Positions 24,170-36,974 of a stretch of 63,171 nucleotides of DNA are shown here, in pieces. This stretch comes from Basidiobolus meristosporus CBS 931.73 (taxonomy: Eukaryota > Fungi > Basidiobolomycota), in assembly GCA_002104905.1 (NCBI GenBank), contig MCFE01000518.1:1-63171 (forward strand). The letters run 5' to 3'. The notes beneath the pieces were generated by a model. The model worked only from the letters and a program-made list of their open reading frames with translations, searched no databases and had not been told where the DNA came from. Made by a program: the position numbers and the translations under genes. Each line of letters starts with the position of its first letter. Position 1 is the first letter of the stretch.

Positions 24170-26973
24170 GACTTGAGTTGAGGGCTTGGTGAGGAAAGGC
24201 CGATGACTTATTCGATGGGGGAGTACACACCCTGTGAGATTGCAAGTTGTGAGTGGGTTGCGGGTGCGGGTGCGAGTGCGAGTAGATTAACAAAAGGGAG
24301 CCAAAATCCAAGGACAAGTTAGGTGAGAAAAGAAGCATCGGCACACGGCCCCCAAATAGCCTTTATACCCCTAGCTCAATGGGGAGACTGATTGGCCGAG
24401 AATCAAATCATTAAAGGCTTTTCCAGGTTTGGCAATCATGAGTACAGCACCCAGTTATTGTGCCAAAAATAAATCATGCCTCATACGCCATACCCACTCC
24501 TGAAGACTTGCTTTAATGTTACACTGTATTGAGACCACCACCAATGGCCGTGGATGGATGGATTTCCATGGCAATGACTAATACATTTCTGACATACAAA
24601 TGATTCGAGATAATGCAGTAATTTATTAATATCATCAGTGCTATATGAAGTTGACACCAGAGTCGAATCAAAACACTACCGCCTGCGCTGGTTGTTTGGC
24701 TTAGACTCGACAATGAGCCACTCTAGCAAGAAATCCTTCTCTCGGACCGTTCGCCCACCAGTGGGCATGTGTGTGTATTTACCGCCCCGTGGTACTTTTT
24801 GTGCAGCCTTTGGCTTGTTTGTTGGCCACGCCAGTGGGGTGGTGAGGCTCACCCAGGTACGTTTGGATATTCCAGCTTGGAGCATTGTAAGAAGAGCAGG
24901 GTTGTCAGCAAATGGTTCAAATGTAGCTACTTTAGTCAAGTATGACACAATGAAGTATAAACATCATTAAGGGTCATGTCCTTAGGGATTGATTGATTTT
25001 CGGCATTCACATGACGGGCCATCATCATGCTGCGCTACTCTCATAACCCCAGCAGAGGTTACATAGCACTTATTATGCATAGGCAGCGTACACTCCGCTA
25101 AGCACTTGCTATTGTCGTATTACGGTCGCATATTATTCGTAGAGTCACTGGATTCGATTCGCTTGACTGTCCAGTCGTAGGATGCATCCGTGTATTTCGC
25201 CCATGGATTGATCAGCATGGAGAGTAGGTAGCTTGTACCGATAGCACCTCTTTGGCGGTGTTTTACAAATAGACTTTGAGGGACAGCAATTTGCGAAAGA
25301 TGGGGTATTGACGTTTCCGGAAGAATGGGATAATAATTGGCAAATCACAGCGGTGGTGCGAGAATGCGGTCTAAAACCCGCCAGCCAGCATTGATCGAGT
25401 GGGCCTTCTTCCATGGCTGGCTGGGACTGTGGTTACATTGGTGCATCCACCAATTCATTCCAGCAATACTGGCTTCAGGGAGGGCTTGGTAAATCCTACA
25501 ACCTGCGCCGCTGATAGGAAGACCCACACATCCCACCTACGGCCCCTCAGACACTCAGACCAGGGGATCTCTTCCTTGGGCGGGCGCTGACTCTGGTATC
25601 TGCAGGTTGCTGAGCTCCTTCGCATCAGCTACGAGAGGCGAGGTGGAGCGTCCTGCTTCATGGCCTGTACTAACCCTGACCCGCACCTTGTTGGCGCCAG
25701 GGTACCCAAGAGCGATGGATCCCTAGGCTCCGAAGCAGTGCTGCACTCGTGTGGGCACTATTTCCACTGCAGTGCGACCAAATAAATTGAGCCGATTTGA
25801 TTCGTACCCATTCGCTTGCAGAAGCCAGAGCAAAAGGGCACAGTAGTAGATGTGTGTCGATCGAAAAGTCAGGAATGCATGGTGGTTTGCGTAGCTTGCG
25901 CAGGAGATTTCGAGATCGCAATCAAGCCCATGATGATCGGAGAATGTAAATTAATGTCTGTCTACGCTAGAGGGAATGCAGGGGGAGAACGAGCTTGCTC
26001 TCCACACTGCTCCTGTGATGCGCACCTATGGTTTGCTCCTGCCAGGCCTCCACCGGATAGGTCGACCCCGCAGCATAGCCACTCAGAGAGCTTCTCTGAC
26101 AGAAATTCCGCTGCAACACCACACATATTGCTGTTCCAGTTGATTTGTTTTGCGGAACGCAGCGGTTACACCCCAAGCACTATCCGATTAGCATTCTATT
26201 TGTGTAGCTTGATAATCAATCGAGTGCTCGCTCGGGTAGAAAATTAAAAATAGAAGCCAGCACCAACAGGATCTCCCCGCCGCAAATAGATGGCTGCTCA
26301 TTTCGAAGCCGATATTAATGAAGTCATCCACTTGTGGGTTTGCAGTACGTGGAGCCAGCAGGCCGATTTCCAACCACTCATCGGCCTAGCTGGAGCCAAA
26401 AAGAAAAGACCCGTACAAGTATGTCACCCAAGGGGTTGCACCAAGGTTTCTGTATTACATGACCTAAATAGAGGTGCTAAGCGGATGAAAAATGCTTCAC
26501 CATGCTGGCATGCGAGTTGGGCATACAGCCTGCCGAATATGGCGAATCTCATTATTGATTGCCCTAATTTGGCCACAAAGTGGGTCAGCACTGCTTCTTT
26601 GGGAAACCGCAAATGTCAAGGCAATCAGTACACAAAACAAGGTTCTCGCTGGATCTTTCATCTGTAGGTGAGTACCCCTCCCGACATATAATACCCGCTC
26701 TTTTTCACATCACACGTTTTTTGGTTAGAGTTTTCTTCTCTCTTGATTCGCATTCGCCCTCCTCTCCGCTAACTCCCTTCGTTTTCTAGGTTAGTTCCCT
26801 TCTTCAGCCTCACACTTCCATCTCGTTGCCATTTTGTTCTGATATATATGGTTTGATCCCAGAAAACTCCCTTGATATCTCGAACTTCGCAGCATTCTCT
26901 TCGTAGTGGCCTCATACTCCCCACTTTGTAATCCAAATATACATATCCTTGCCGCTCCAAGTAAGCGCTTGCG

Positions 26974-28300
26974 ATGAGGCTAAAATGTCCCAAAATACCC
27001 TCTTGTTATCTTCTATTATGCTTCACGTTGGTTTTCTTGGACGTGGTGTGTGCCAAAAGTGTTCTGTCTAATGGGGTAAGCTTAGTGGCTAGGGATGGTA
27101 AATGGTTTTCAATACTGGGCGCTATCCCCTGGGCTTTCGGAACCCTATTACTAACTCCTTTCTTCAAGAACTCACTGAGCCCTGCGGGCCCGATGTGTAC
27201 TGCCTCCCTAAAACCAACGACACCTGGGTGATGGGCAGCACCGGAACTCTGCGCTGGAATCAGAAGTACACCACCTTTCTTGTCCAGGGCTTTGTAGACG
27301 TTCGGCTGTACGAGATGACCGACCCACGGAACCCGGTCCTAGACTGGCTGAACATCCCCAACGGTGAAGGGTACCTGACGGTCTTTCTGAATGACACCAA
27401 AATCTTCCCCCCTGTTGCAAATAGACCTTTCAACACCACGGCTGAGCGGAAATACCAGTACCTGGTTACCGCACACGGATACCCCATCACTGGTCAGCAA
27501 AGAAGCCCCATATTCAATATCATAGGTATGCTTGTGATACGTTCTCCCACACGCTCGGTAGCTGATAACGGCTTGCCCCACAGACCCCCCCTCCGCTGAC
27601 AATGTGAGTCCCGCCTCTGCCGCGAATCCTACAACGCTTAGCACCCCTGGCTCCACTGGGCAGACCGAGCAGTCGGACGGCTCCCAACCCAGACCTCAAA
27701 TCATGGACACCAACAGCTCCAGCGGCAGGCTCTCAGCAGGAGCCATTGTTGGTGTGTCTATCGGGTGTGTTATCGCCGGCGTCCTCGCTGCCACTGCATA
27801 TCCTTTTTCCCTCGCACCTTTGAGTGGTTGTCTTGTTGTCAGCATATCATCCTTAACCACGGGAATCCACTCTTTTCGTCATTGTACGTAGGAAACAGTC
27901 CACCACCAAGCGAGGCTCGTTAAACGAGAAACCTCTGGTGCCACCTTTCAACCCCTTCTCCGACAACAACAACTTCAGCACCACCACCATTGAAGACAGC
28001 ACCCATTCCACCAAGAGCCCGATATGCAACATGGAGGATGCTAGCCGCAGCTCGCTAAGGCTCACGGTAAAGGATGCCCAGATGATTGCCGACACATATC
28101 GTCGCCTACTGCGCAAGCCCAGTTGGAACAGCTCGGATCTGGAGGAGCTCACTACCCAGAATAGCTATAGTGACGAGTTGCTACGACGCGAGCTAGAGGC
28201 AGAGGGCCATGGTGTGAAACAGGTTTCCACCGGACCTGCCATCGTGGTGACGCCAGAAGACGAGCTGATACGGAAATCCTCCGTGAAACGGGACACCTAG
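26974..28300 (+). CDS. Multi-exon type I single-pass membrane protein, Mid2/cell-wall-sensor-like; exon boundaries uncertain
   Basis: Signal-like N-terminus, Cys-containing ectodomain (CGPDVYCLP..W..G..LRWN), Ser/Thr linker, TM segment SAGAIVGVSIGCVIAGVLAA, and cytoplasmic tail KDAQMIADTYRRLLRKPSW. GT/AG sites separate ORF pieces 27102-27599, 27604-27891 and 27938-28300. Confidence 0.6.
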
Positions 28301-30060
28301 CTCGCTGGCACGCTCTTCACCGGGTGGCCTTGCACCAGATAACTTGAAACCGGTTAGGTTCACTTTCAAAATCCTCCTCGACTCGCATGCCCTTGGTTGG
28401 AGCAAGACGCCCCCCTCGGGCTTTCTTCAACCCAGGATCTGTCAGCCGTCCACGGGATGTTGTTGTGGCTTCCGCGCATACACACGCACCCACCCACCCA
28501 AGTGTTCATCTTATTTATCTCACTATATTGACTTGACTTCTATTTATAATTCTATGCCAACCAATGTCCATGGCAATTGGATAAACATCAATCTCATTGA
28601 AACTCCCCAGCTCCAGCAGGGCTCACTTCGAGGTGTATTAAACGCCGGCCCGCCATATAAATATGTTTTGCCCCTTGTCAGGCGATCAGTGTTTTCCCGG
28701 ATGATGTGCTCTAGAGCCTAGACGGCAGGTTCGGCGCTGGGTGACTTCAGCAGTGCGCGGGGTGGCTGGGAATTCGGTGAGAAACCAGCGGTCAAGGAGA
28801 TTTGTAGACGCATTCTTGCTCCCCAGTGGCGAATGCTGATCATTGGACGTAAGCGCAATAAATGAGGCACATGGCTGCCCTTGAAACAGAGAATGGTGGT
28901 CAGGTGCAGGTGTCCTGATTGAGCCGCTCCCATATACAGCGAGCTGATCCGTTTCCCGTGACCATATTTGGGTTGCTCGAGGGGCGACCGATGGCAATGG
29001 GGATTCATTGGGATCCATATGGGCACTCACTCGGCTGCTGTTGCGCACGCATCAGAAGCGGGCCGGGTCCAGCTAGCGTGGAAGGGGTGGTACGTGGGCT
29101 AGGGAGAGAGAGAGAGAGAGGGACAGGGCTCTCCACGCAAACCAGTGTTATATCGGCCATTGAGATCATGCTACGAATGCTGTGAGGCGGTATGAAGCCT
29201 CATATGCGTCCATGAGACGTCGCGAGTCACTTGCCAGATGATCTGACTCAACTCAACGCAATCCACTAGGCAAAATAGGAAAGCCTTAGCTGGGCCTGAC
29301 CCAAGAGTCCAGTATGAGGCCAAGTCCACCCATCGCACATATGACGTCTGAGCCTTTCCTGCCGGATGACCGCTTACTGGTCCACCCTACACGTTGACGA
29401 TGGGACTCAGGCAATGCGATTTGTTTGGTTAGCAGGATCCCCTCTCCACGAATGGGAGGAGCGTGGATCATCCGATCCTTCACTTCTCCATTGACGAGAA
29501 CTAACACGTCGCTGAGCTACTCCAGTGATTCCCATTATAAAGGCTGGAGGGGTTCTCTGGAAGTGACCACGCTGTATGGTCACCCGACAATGGCCGAAGT
29601 AACACAGCCTTTTGATTTGATGTGCTCACACGATGAACTGTAGTTCCAATTCCAGATTGCCCATTAAATATATCTGTGTTCTGCGAAGCCCATCTTTGAA
29701 AATATGACCATCTCGCCTCCCCATTTCTACGTACTTCGTACCAACCCACGCCGGATTTACCATCGACATCTCCAATCACACTAACCATTCCGCTTTAACC
29801 AACCTTTAACCCAACAATAGCCAACCAGTTTTGGCCGGAGTGTCTTATTCTTCAGTTCGGGCCAGCAAAGATACCAAGAGCCTTTCGCGGATCTACCTTA
29901 CGTTTCTCTCACCTCGATACCTTTCGCTAAACCTTGAGTTCTCTTCTCACCTGTAGGTTGCTAGCAAATACCCTATTTGGTACCGTTGTTCATTTATTTC
30001 CCGACATCACCCCTCATTTTAACCAGCACACCATAGAGACGCACTTAAGAGGTTCAAGGA

Positions 30061-31548
30061 ATGGAGACTCTAGACAACTTTCGAAATCACCTTCGGTATG
30101 TACCATACCCCTCGACCCTTTCTTTTCTCCCACGCTCGTACGTCAGTATTTTCGTACCCTCTCGTGGGTACGCTAGCCCACAGAAACCCCATCCCCTTTC
30201 CGCAACGGCGACCCTTCTCCTCACGTATTAACCCCTCCCCATGAACCTTCAGGAATTCCGACAACCTCAAAAACACCGTCGCTGGGGCTGGGGCTGGTTG
30301 TGTCACTTCTATCCTGACGTGCCCGCTGGATGTAGTGAAGACCAGGCTGCAGAACCAGGGTCACCTTATCAACGAAGCGGCCCCAGGGCACAAGAATTAC
30401 AAAGGGACAGCAGGTTGTAAGCGACGTTCCATTCCGTGGGTCAGCCTCGACCATCCTACCCGCTGGTTGCGGGAGGGGGGAGCTGGAAATCCGGTTTGAT
30501 ACTCTGACTAACTGTGGGAATGTGTGGGGTTTTGTAGGCACGCTTACCAGAATCTGGGCAGAAGAAGGGATTCGGGGGTTGTACCGTGGTTTAGGACCAA
30601 CGATATATGGCTACCTCCCTACCTGGGCCATCTATTTCAGCGTGTATGATTACCTGAAGCTCGCGGTGGCCGATAAGTCTAGTAGGTGTACCAGACATTT
30701 ACTTCCACCTTGCCAATGGATTCTATGCTTTAACCCACCCAACCACCCAACACCATGGCTAACCCCTTGAATGATGGAAATTACAGAGAGATCCCATGAC
30801 GACGTGGTTGTACATATCTTCTCGGCGATGGGGGCAGGCGCAGCTAGTTCCATCATGACGAACCCATTGTGGGTGATCAAAACCCGGTTCATGGTACGTG
30901 AAGGAGGCGAGCAATTTACAGGTGGCTTGGTGTGCTTCCTGCTAAGGCTACTCAATTTACAGACACAGTCGGAGCGAACCACCTACCATTACCGTAACAC
31001 GCTAGACGCATTTGTCACCATATGGAGGCAGGAAGGGTTCCGGGGGTTTTACAAAGGGTTGACTCCCAGTCTACTCGGGATTGTCCATGTGGCGGTGCAG
31101 TTTCCTCTCTACGAGAAGCTGAAGATCATGCTTCGTAAGTACCAAGGTGCGATCCCTTCTCTGTTATCCCGATTAAGCTTGTATCCGTAGGGCCCGAATC
31201 TGGTGAGTCCCTGGGAACGGTGTCCATCCTGGTCGCATCGTCGTTATCCAAAATGGCCGCCAGTGTGGTGACCTACCCCCACGAGGTAAGTGCGAGATGG
31301 CCGGTGTCCTGGCAATCTGAACTAACCCGCCTGGATTCCCAAAGGTGATTCGTACCAGACTGCAGAACCAATGTGTGCCCCCATTTAAATACTACGGGGT
31401 GATGCACACCGTTAGCACTATCAATCGGGAGGAAGGATGGACTGCCTTTTACAAGGGGATGCCGACCAACCTGTTCCGGACTGTGCCAGCCAGCGCGCTA
31501 ACCATCCTAACCTATGAATTGATCGTCAAGAAATTGAATCAACTATAG
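30061..31548 (+). CDS. NDT1: Mitochondrial carrier (SLC25), NAD+ transporter Ndt1/Yia6-like, multi-exon
   Basis: Three carrier signatures: TCPLDVVKTRLQ, TNPLWVIKTRFM and TYPHE-VIRTRLQ. Also EEGIRGLYRGLGPT, WAIYFSVY and HVAVQFPLYEKLK. Introns include 30096-30252 and 30414-30537. The W in the second signature is typical of the NAD/FAD carrier group. Confidence 0.88.
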
Positions 31549-32419
31549 CATCCGGCGGCATGCGTGCACCAAAATCGACCACTAAATCACTTGAATCTGT
31601 ACAAACATGCATTCATTGTTGATTATAAATACACTCCCTCATCCCCTCCTTCCCTCAAACATCCTTGTATTATTCACCCTTCTGACTACCTTTCCATTCT
31701 CCTTTATTCTGAAGCCGGTTCAACCTGCCATAGGTCCCACCTTGCTTCTGCCCACTCTACCTTCCTTTTGGGTGATCGATTGGTCATCATTTCAGATATG
31801 ATGGATCCACCTATAAGCATGGCAAATCCCCATGTAACCAATGACATCAATTTCCCACCCATTTACGTTTGAGCTAATCAAGAGCCTCTAAAATTCTAGT
31901 ATATAAAGTGGTACATGAATCAGTGGCGATCACGTGTCTCCAATTCCACGCGGCAGCCCGACTTGATGGCCAGAAATATTCTCGTGTCAGGGCTGTCATC
32001 AGTGTTGGAAGCTCTAGGGGTGCTGGCCTCGTTTGCGCTGAGTGGAAAGCCAAAGCTTCTCTCTAGGAATATGGACTGACCGTCGGCCACCCCCTTGGCA
32101 CAGCTGGTGTTAAGGTGGAAGAAGCGCGGTTCTTTGGCAATTACTCTTGTTGTCCACGGAACTTCAAAACGTAATAAGCGTATATATGCATAGAGCGTTG
32201 TTTATTGAAAGATCCACTTTCCAGCTAAATCCGTCGTTGAAAAATGCCTGAAGAGAGAGACTCGGCGAGTACCGACTCGCGTAGGCGGTCGATGCTTTCT
32301 GTCAGAGCCCAATAGATCAGAGTGAGTAGTGTGGTGTATATATCAGTAGTCTATGGGTATGTGTCTATGTTACCGCTAGGGTATGGGAATGAACAATATT
32401 GGGCAGGGAGAAGGAAGGT

Positions 32420-33337
32420 CTATGCTCTAGTCGATGTGGACAATAGTGTGGCGAGCATGGCGGCAAGGACAACCACTGAGTTCCGGGCAGAGTATTTGAG
32501 GCCAGCAGACACTAGGTAGCCTACTTTCTGTTGGTTTCTTTCCGAGGTAAGCTCCCTGCGACTGAGCCCTGTCACCCCTTCGATATAGGCCATGTGATGT
32601 GCAATATGGGTGTACACACCTACCGTATCAGCTCCTCCACACTTTCGTTCATCGTTGGGATTGTAGGTACCATAACTGGTAAGGCCGACCAGCTTTAGAA
32701 CCCCGTTCTCTGAACGGAACAATGGGCCACCACTATCTCCCGGGCAAGTATCTTTTCCTGGAGTCAATCCAGTACAGATCTGAGGGCCAGAGTAATCCTG
32801 GAAGTCGGCAATGTAGAGTTTACACACCGCCAGCGAGGTGGTCTGAACCTCGACTTCTCTCAGCTGCTTTGAGCTGGACTCCGCCTCTGTTTGCCCCCAC
32901 CCGGCAGCTCTCAAAGTCTCATTGGCCTTGATGTCGCTAACGCTGATGGGAATTCGTTGGCTGCCTCGGTCAAACGAAATCTCCTTCTCCAACCTGATCA
33001 GCGCAATATCGTTCTTGAAGGTGCCCGCCTCGTAATCCGGATGACAGATCAATTTACTCGCTCGATACGCTTTCCCGTCCCCGTCCCCGTCCCCAACCTT
33101 CACGGTCAACGGTCGGTTGATAAGAGCATTGTTTCTGGTAAGACAGTGAGCGGCAGTCACAACCCAGCCGGCGCTAAGTATGGCAGCGCCGCACTTGGGG
33201 TGGTTATCCACCAAAAGATGTGCAGCAAAAGGAAGTTCGTTGGCCGTGACTACCGAGCCACCCACTATAAATGACGGGTGCTCGGTAGCAAGACTCAGGA
33301 CAAATGGGATAAACGGCAGATACGCTAGTAACAACAT
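32420..33337 (-). CDS. Secreted trypsin-like serine protease (S1A), 305 aa, with a hydrophobic C-terminal tail
   Basis: ATG at 33337, signal peptide MLLLAYLPFIPFVLSLA, mature IVGG, triad motifs TAAHC, NDIALI and GDSGGP, and S1 Asp in KDTC. Intronless. Confidence 0.95.
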   Translation of the reverse strand: MLLLAYLPFIPFVLSLATEHPSFIVGGSVVTANELPFAAHLLVDNHPKCGAAILSAGWVVTAAHCLTRNNALINRPLTVKVGDGDGDGKAYRASKLICHPDYEAGTFKNDIALIRLEKEISFDRGSQRIPISVSDIKANETLRAAGWGQTEAESSSKQLREVEVQTTSLAVCKLYIADFQDYSGPQICTGLTPGKDTCPGDSGGPLFRSENGVLKLVGLTSYGTYNPNDERKCGGADTVGVYTHIAHHMAYIEGVTGLSRRELTSERNQQKVGYLVSAGLKYSARNSVVVLAAMLATLLSTSTRA

Positions 33338-35291
33338 GAAGAGGCTGGTGGGGTGCGGTTCTGGCTTTGCTGATCTTACTTTTATAATCCAGGTAGAATG
33401 GGCCTGGCCAGTCCCCGGGAGCCGTTGAGCTTGCATTGGCCAGCATTAGGATGTCAAGTTTGTGAGTCGCTGAGCCTTTGGTTGCTAGAAAACCAAATGG
33501 GCACCACGAGATCCCTTATTTGGTGCGAAGCCAATATCGGATCCGAATGGGATCCGATATTCATTGCTAGGCTCGACTAGCAGCAGTTTAGGAAACCCGG
33601 TGGCCGAATTATCAAGCTGAGCCAATATGAGTAGCTTAAGCGGGGAATTATGCGATTTGGAGTTTTAAATAAATTTTTCCTCGATCCTTCACGCGATTGG
33701 CCATCGAGTGATTTCATCAATACGAGCGACAAATCATTTCCCACGAGTTTGGCAGATAGCGTTATGGAATGTCGGTGGGGATTTCTTGGGTTTGTTGAGC
33801 TACCCCAATTCGGCCAGATGAACCAATTGGCTGGATTCGAACTTGACAAGAACATGGGCCAATCCTGATGCCGTTAAGCCAATTCCCCTCCCATTGCACA
33901 AGACCAATCAGCGGTATGGTTCCTGATGTCGCGGAGCCTCTGCCAGACTACTCGGTGCGGGTTGATGCACGCATCTCTCATCCTCGCACGAGTCATGGCC
34001 CTGCTGATTCTGCGCACTACTCTCGACCACTCAACCCTGATGTGGCAGGGTTGGGTCCAGGGGAACGCGGCACACCTCAGCATCACAGGCTCCGCTCAAC
34101 AACGGGGCTGCATGTTTGAGGCCAAGTTACACTAGGTACAGCCCATCCTTGGGTTGGGAGATCGAACGAGGAATGGATGGGGCCATTTTAGCCATATTGA
34201 TTAGCTGAGCCTCTTCATGCCCAACCCGGCAGTTCCATCGTAAACCCTTTGGAGTACTTTACGCTTATATGGATAATGTACACTCAACAGACGTGCTTAT
34301 TTGGTGCCCGTTTATTCACGTCGCTGACGAGGATCCTATTTGGCTGGGCCCTGATCGATCCGCTGGAAATAAGCTTCAGAATTGGTGGTGTGATATGTAT
34401 GAAAATGGTTAGAAGGTTTTGAAGCAGGAGGCGTAGGGACACAGCCACCGATTTTCATCTCACAGCCAGAACAGACGACAACCCTAAGGGATTTTCCAAT
34501 AGCCCCAAACCTACAGTTGTCACACTTCCAGAAGGCCTAGGTGCCGGATGCCTTCCCCAGAGCGAGCGCTCCCCGCCCACTCCACGCGCTACTCGCTAGC
34601 AGCCAGAGTAGAGCCGCGGAGGCCTGTCTTGCCTTGGTGCCGGGGTGGAAGGGTCGCAGGGTTTCGGCCCCGAAGTCAGGCCTAAGCAACCGGGTGAAGG
34701 GTCCACTGAACTCCAAAGTGCTGTCTACAACCTGGATGGTTTCGGCAGTCTACCTAATAAAGGGTAAAAATTTTAGCGCTTCAATACTGCCGGATTCGGC
34801 ACCACCTAAATCAATTAGACCATAATGGCGCGACGGTCTTGATCAGAACACACACAATTCGTTGTTTAGGCGCTGTCTTCCGGTGGAGTCGACCTCATTC
34901 CCCCAAACCTTAATTCTGCAGCCAGTGGCTTCGTAACCTAGATCCTCATTCTTCGTGGTTCAATGTTACCATATCCCCGCTCGGCCTTGCCTCATGATAC
35001 TCACGAAGTGTTGAACACGCACACAGCGAACTGAGGCCGAGCGCTTGCTTGGTGCCTGCTGTTGTTGAGCGAGATGGCCGAAATGGCATTGCTATGTATG
35101 GGTCGCTGATTTCCGATCCAAACAAGCGACACTTTTAATTGATCCTAGATTTGGAAAGCCGTTTCTCAACCTTAATCCTAATCCTGCGACGAGCAAGCGC
35201 GCGCAGAGGCGATTCACGTTCCATATAAAACGTTGGCCCGACAGACTCCCATCATCATCAACTACACCTGCTTGCTTCTCTCTACTCCAAT

Positions 35292-36974
35292 ATGAATGTG
35301 GAAAATCCCATCGAAACCACTGAGGTTTCCCCAACCTCCGAGTCCCACCCCACCTCTTTTCTCCCCGTAAGTGCCAACGATACTTACCCCGATGAGAAGA
35401 AAGAGGTGGACTCGTCCAAGGAAGACCAGCCACCAACCTTTTACCGCCGTTATCGTTTGTGGTTCCACGTTCTCATGTTTGCCATCATCACCGGGCTGAT
35501 GATTGGGGCGTGGATCCTGCATGGAGACAGATCGCTGGTGCTTTCCCTCCTGTGGGCCTTTGTCTCTCTGAAGCTCATGTTCTACCATGTACCCACCCGA
35601 ATCGTTTCCAAGCCCTTGGCCGTTGTTTTCGGCGTTGTCGCCAAAGGAGTCTTGGCCATCCCCGAAAAAATCCGCCGCATCCTAGGCGTCTTGCTTCCCA
35701 TTGCCCTGCTCGTAACCGTAGCCCTGGTTCTTCCAACCCAGGATGGCCATAGCAGCCGCATGGATCGGTTGAGATCCCTCCTCGGTCTTGCCGTGTTCAT
35801 CGGTTTGCTATTCGCCACATCGACCAATCGTAGATGTATCCCCTGGAGAACCGTCATTGTTGGTGTCTTGTTCCAGTTCTTCCTCGGTTTGTTCATCCTC
35901 AAGACCTCCGTCGGATACGACATCTTCAGCTGGCTCTCCAACATGTGCTCCACCTTGCTCCAGTTCTCCAAGGCCGGTCTGTCGTTCGTGACCAACGACG
36001 ACGTCGCCAACATCGGGATTTTCGTGTTCACCGTGCTGCCCGCTGTCATCTTCTTCGCTGCCATCGTCAAGGTTGTCTACTACTTCGGCGGTATGCAATG
36101 GATTGTGCGTAAGTTTGCTTGGATGATGGTGAGACTGATGGGCACTAGTGGTGCGGAGTCTGTCGTCGCCGCTGCCTCCCCCTTCGTTGGCATGGGTGAA
36201 TCCTCGTTGCTTGTTCTGCCATTCCTGGAGACCATGACTCGTAGTGAGCTCCATTCCGCCATGACCTCGGGTTTTGCTACTATTTCAGGCTCAGTTTTGG
36301 TTGCCTTTATTTCCATGAATGTCGACGCCCAAACTCTAATCACTTCCTGCGTGATGTCGGTTCCTTGTGGCCTGGCCATCTCCAAGATGCGCTTCCCCGA
36401 GACTGGCGAGCCCGTTACCAAGGGAAAGGTCCGCATCCCCGAGAGCGAAGACAAGGAGGCCAATTTCCTTCATGCCGCGTCAAATGGTGCAGCGCAAGGT
36501 ATTGAGCTGGCGCTGCTGATTCTGGCCACCGTTCTCTCCTTCATCTCGCTCCTCGCCTTGGTCAACTCGTTCCTTACCTGGGTCGGAGGCTTCTTCAACA
36601 TCGATAATCTTACCCTCGAATTCATCGTGGGCTACTTGTTCTATCCATTCATGTGGTTGGTAGGGATCCCCAACAAAGATCTACTCACCGTAGCCCGCTT
36701 GATGGCCACCAAGATGTTTGTCAACGAGTTTGCTGCTTTTGCCGAGCTGGCCAATCTGACCAACGAAGGAGTGCTTCAGGGGAGAGCGGCCTCTCTCGGC
36801 ATCTACTGCCTCTGCGGATTCGCCAACTTCGGATCCATTGGTATCCAGATCGGTGCTCTGGGAGCCATGGCACCTTCTCGTAAGAAGGATCTTGCTGAGC
36901 TGGCGTTCTCAGCCATGCTGTGCGGCACAATGTCTACTCTGATGAGTGCAACCATTGCCGGTATGCTATTGTAG
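35292..36974 (+). CDS. CNT: Concentrative H+/nucleoside cotransporter (CNT/SLC28), 560 aa
   Basis: Motifs IPWRTVIVG, FTVLPAVIFF, ESVVAAASPFVGMGES, MTSGFATISGS, NEFAAF and CGFANFGSIGIQIG. Intact intronless ORF. Confidence 0.96.
   Translation: MNVENPIETTEVSPTSESHPTSFLPVSANDTYPDEKKEVDSSKEDQPPTFYRRYRLWFHVLMFAIITGLMIGAWILHGDRSLVLSLLWAFVSLKLMFYHVPTRIVSKPLAVVFGVVAKGVLAIPEKIRRILGVLLPIALLVTVALVLPTQDGHSSRMDRLRSLLGLAVFIGLLFATSTNRRCIPWRTVIVGVLFQFFLGLFILKTSVGYDIFSWLSNMCSTLLQFSKAGLSFVTNDDVANIGIFVFTVLPAVIFFAAIVKVVYYFGGMQWIVRKFAWMMVRLMGTSGAESVVAAASPFVGMGESSLLVLPFLETMTRSELHSAMTSGFATISGSVLVAFISMNVDAQTLITSCVMSVPCGLAISKMRFPETGEPVTKGKVRIPESEDKEANFLHAASNGAAQGIELALLILATVLSFISLLALVNSFLTWVGGFFNIDNLTLEFIVGYLFYPFMWLVGIPNKDLLTVARLMATKMFVNEFAAFAELANLTNEGVLQGRAASLGIYCLCGFANFGSIGIQIGALGAMAPSRKKDLAELAFSAMLCGTMSTLMSATIAGMLL

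Noticed and set aside
29104-29120. (GA)n microsatellite
   Set aside because: An ordinary short simple repeat.
35292-36974. Horizontal transfer of the intronless CNT from bacteria
   Set aside because: It has the extra N-terminal TM region of eukaryotic CNTs, and its codon style matches neighbouring genes. Lack of introns alone is not evidence.
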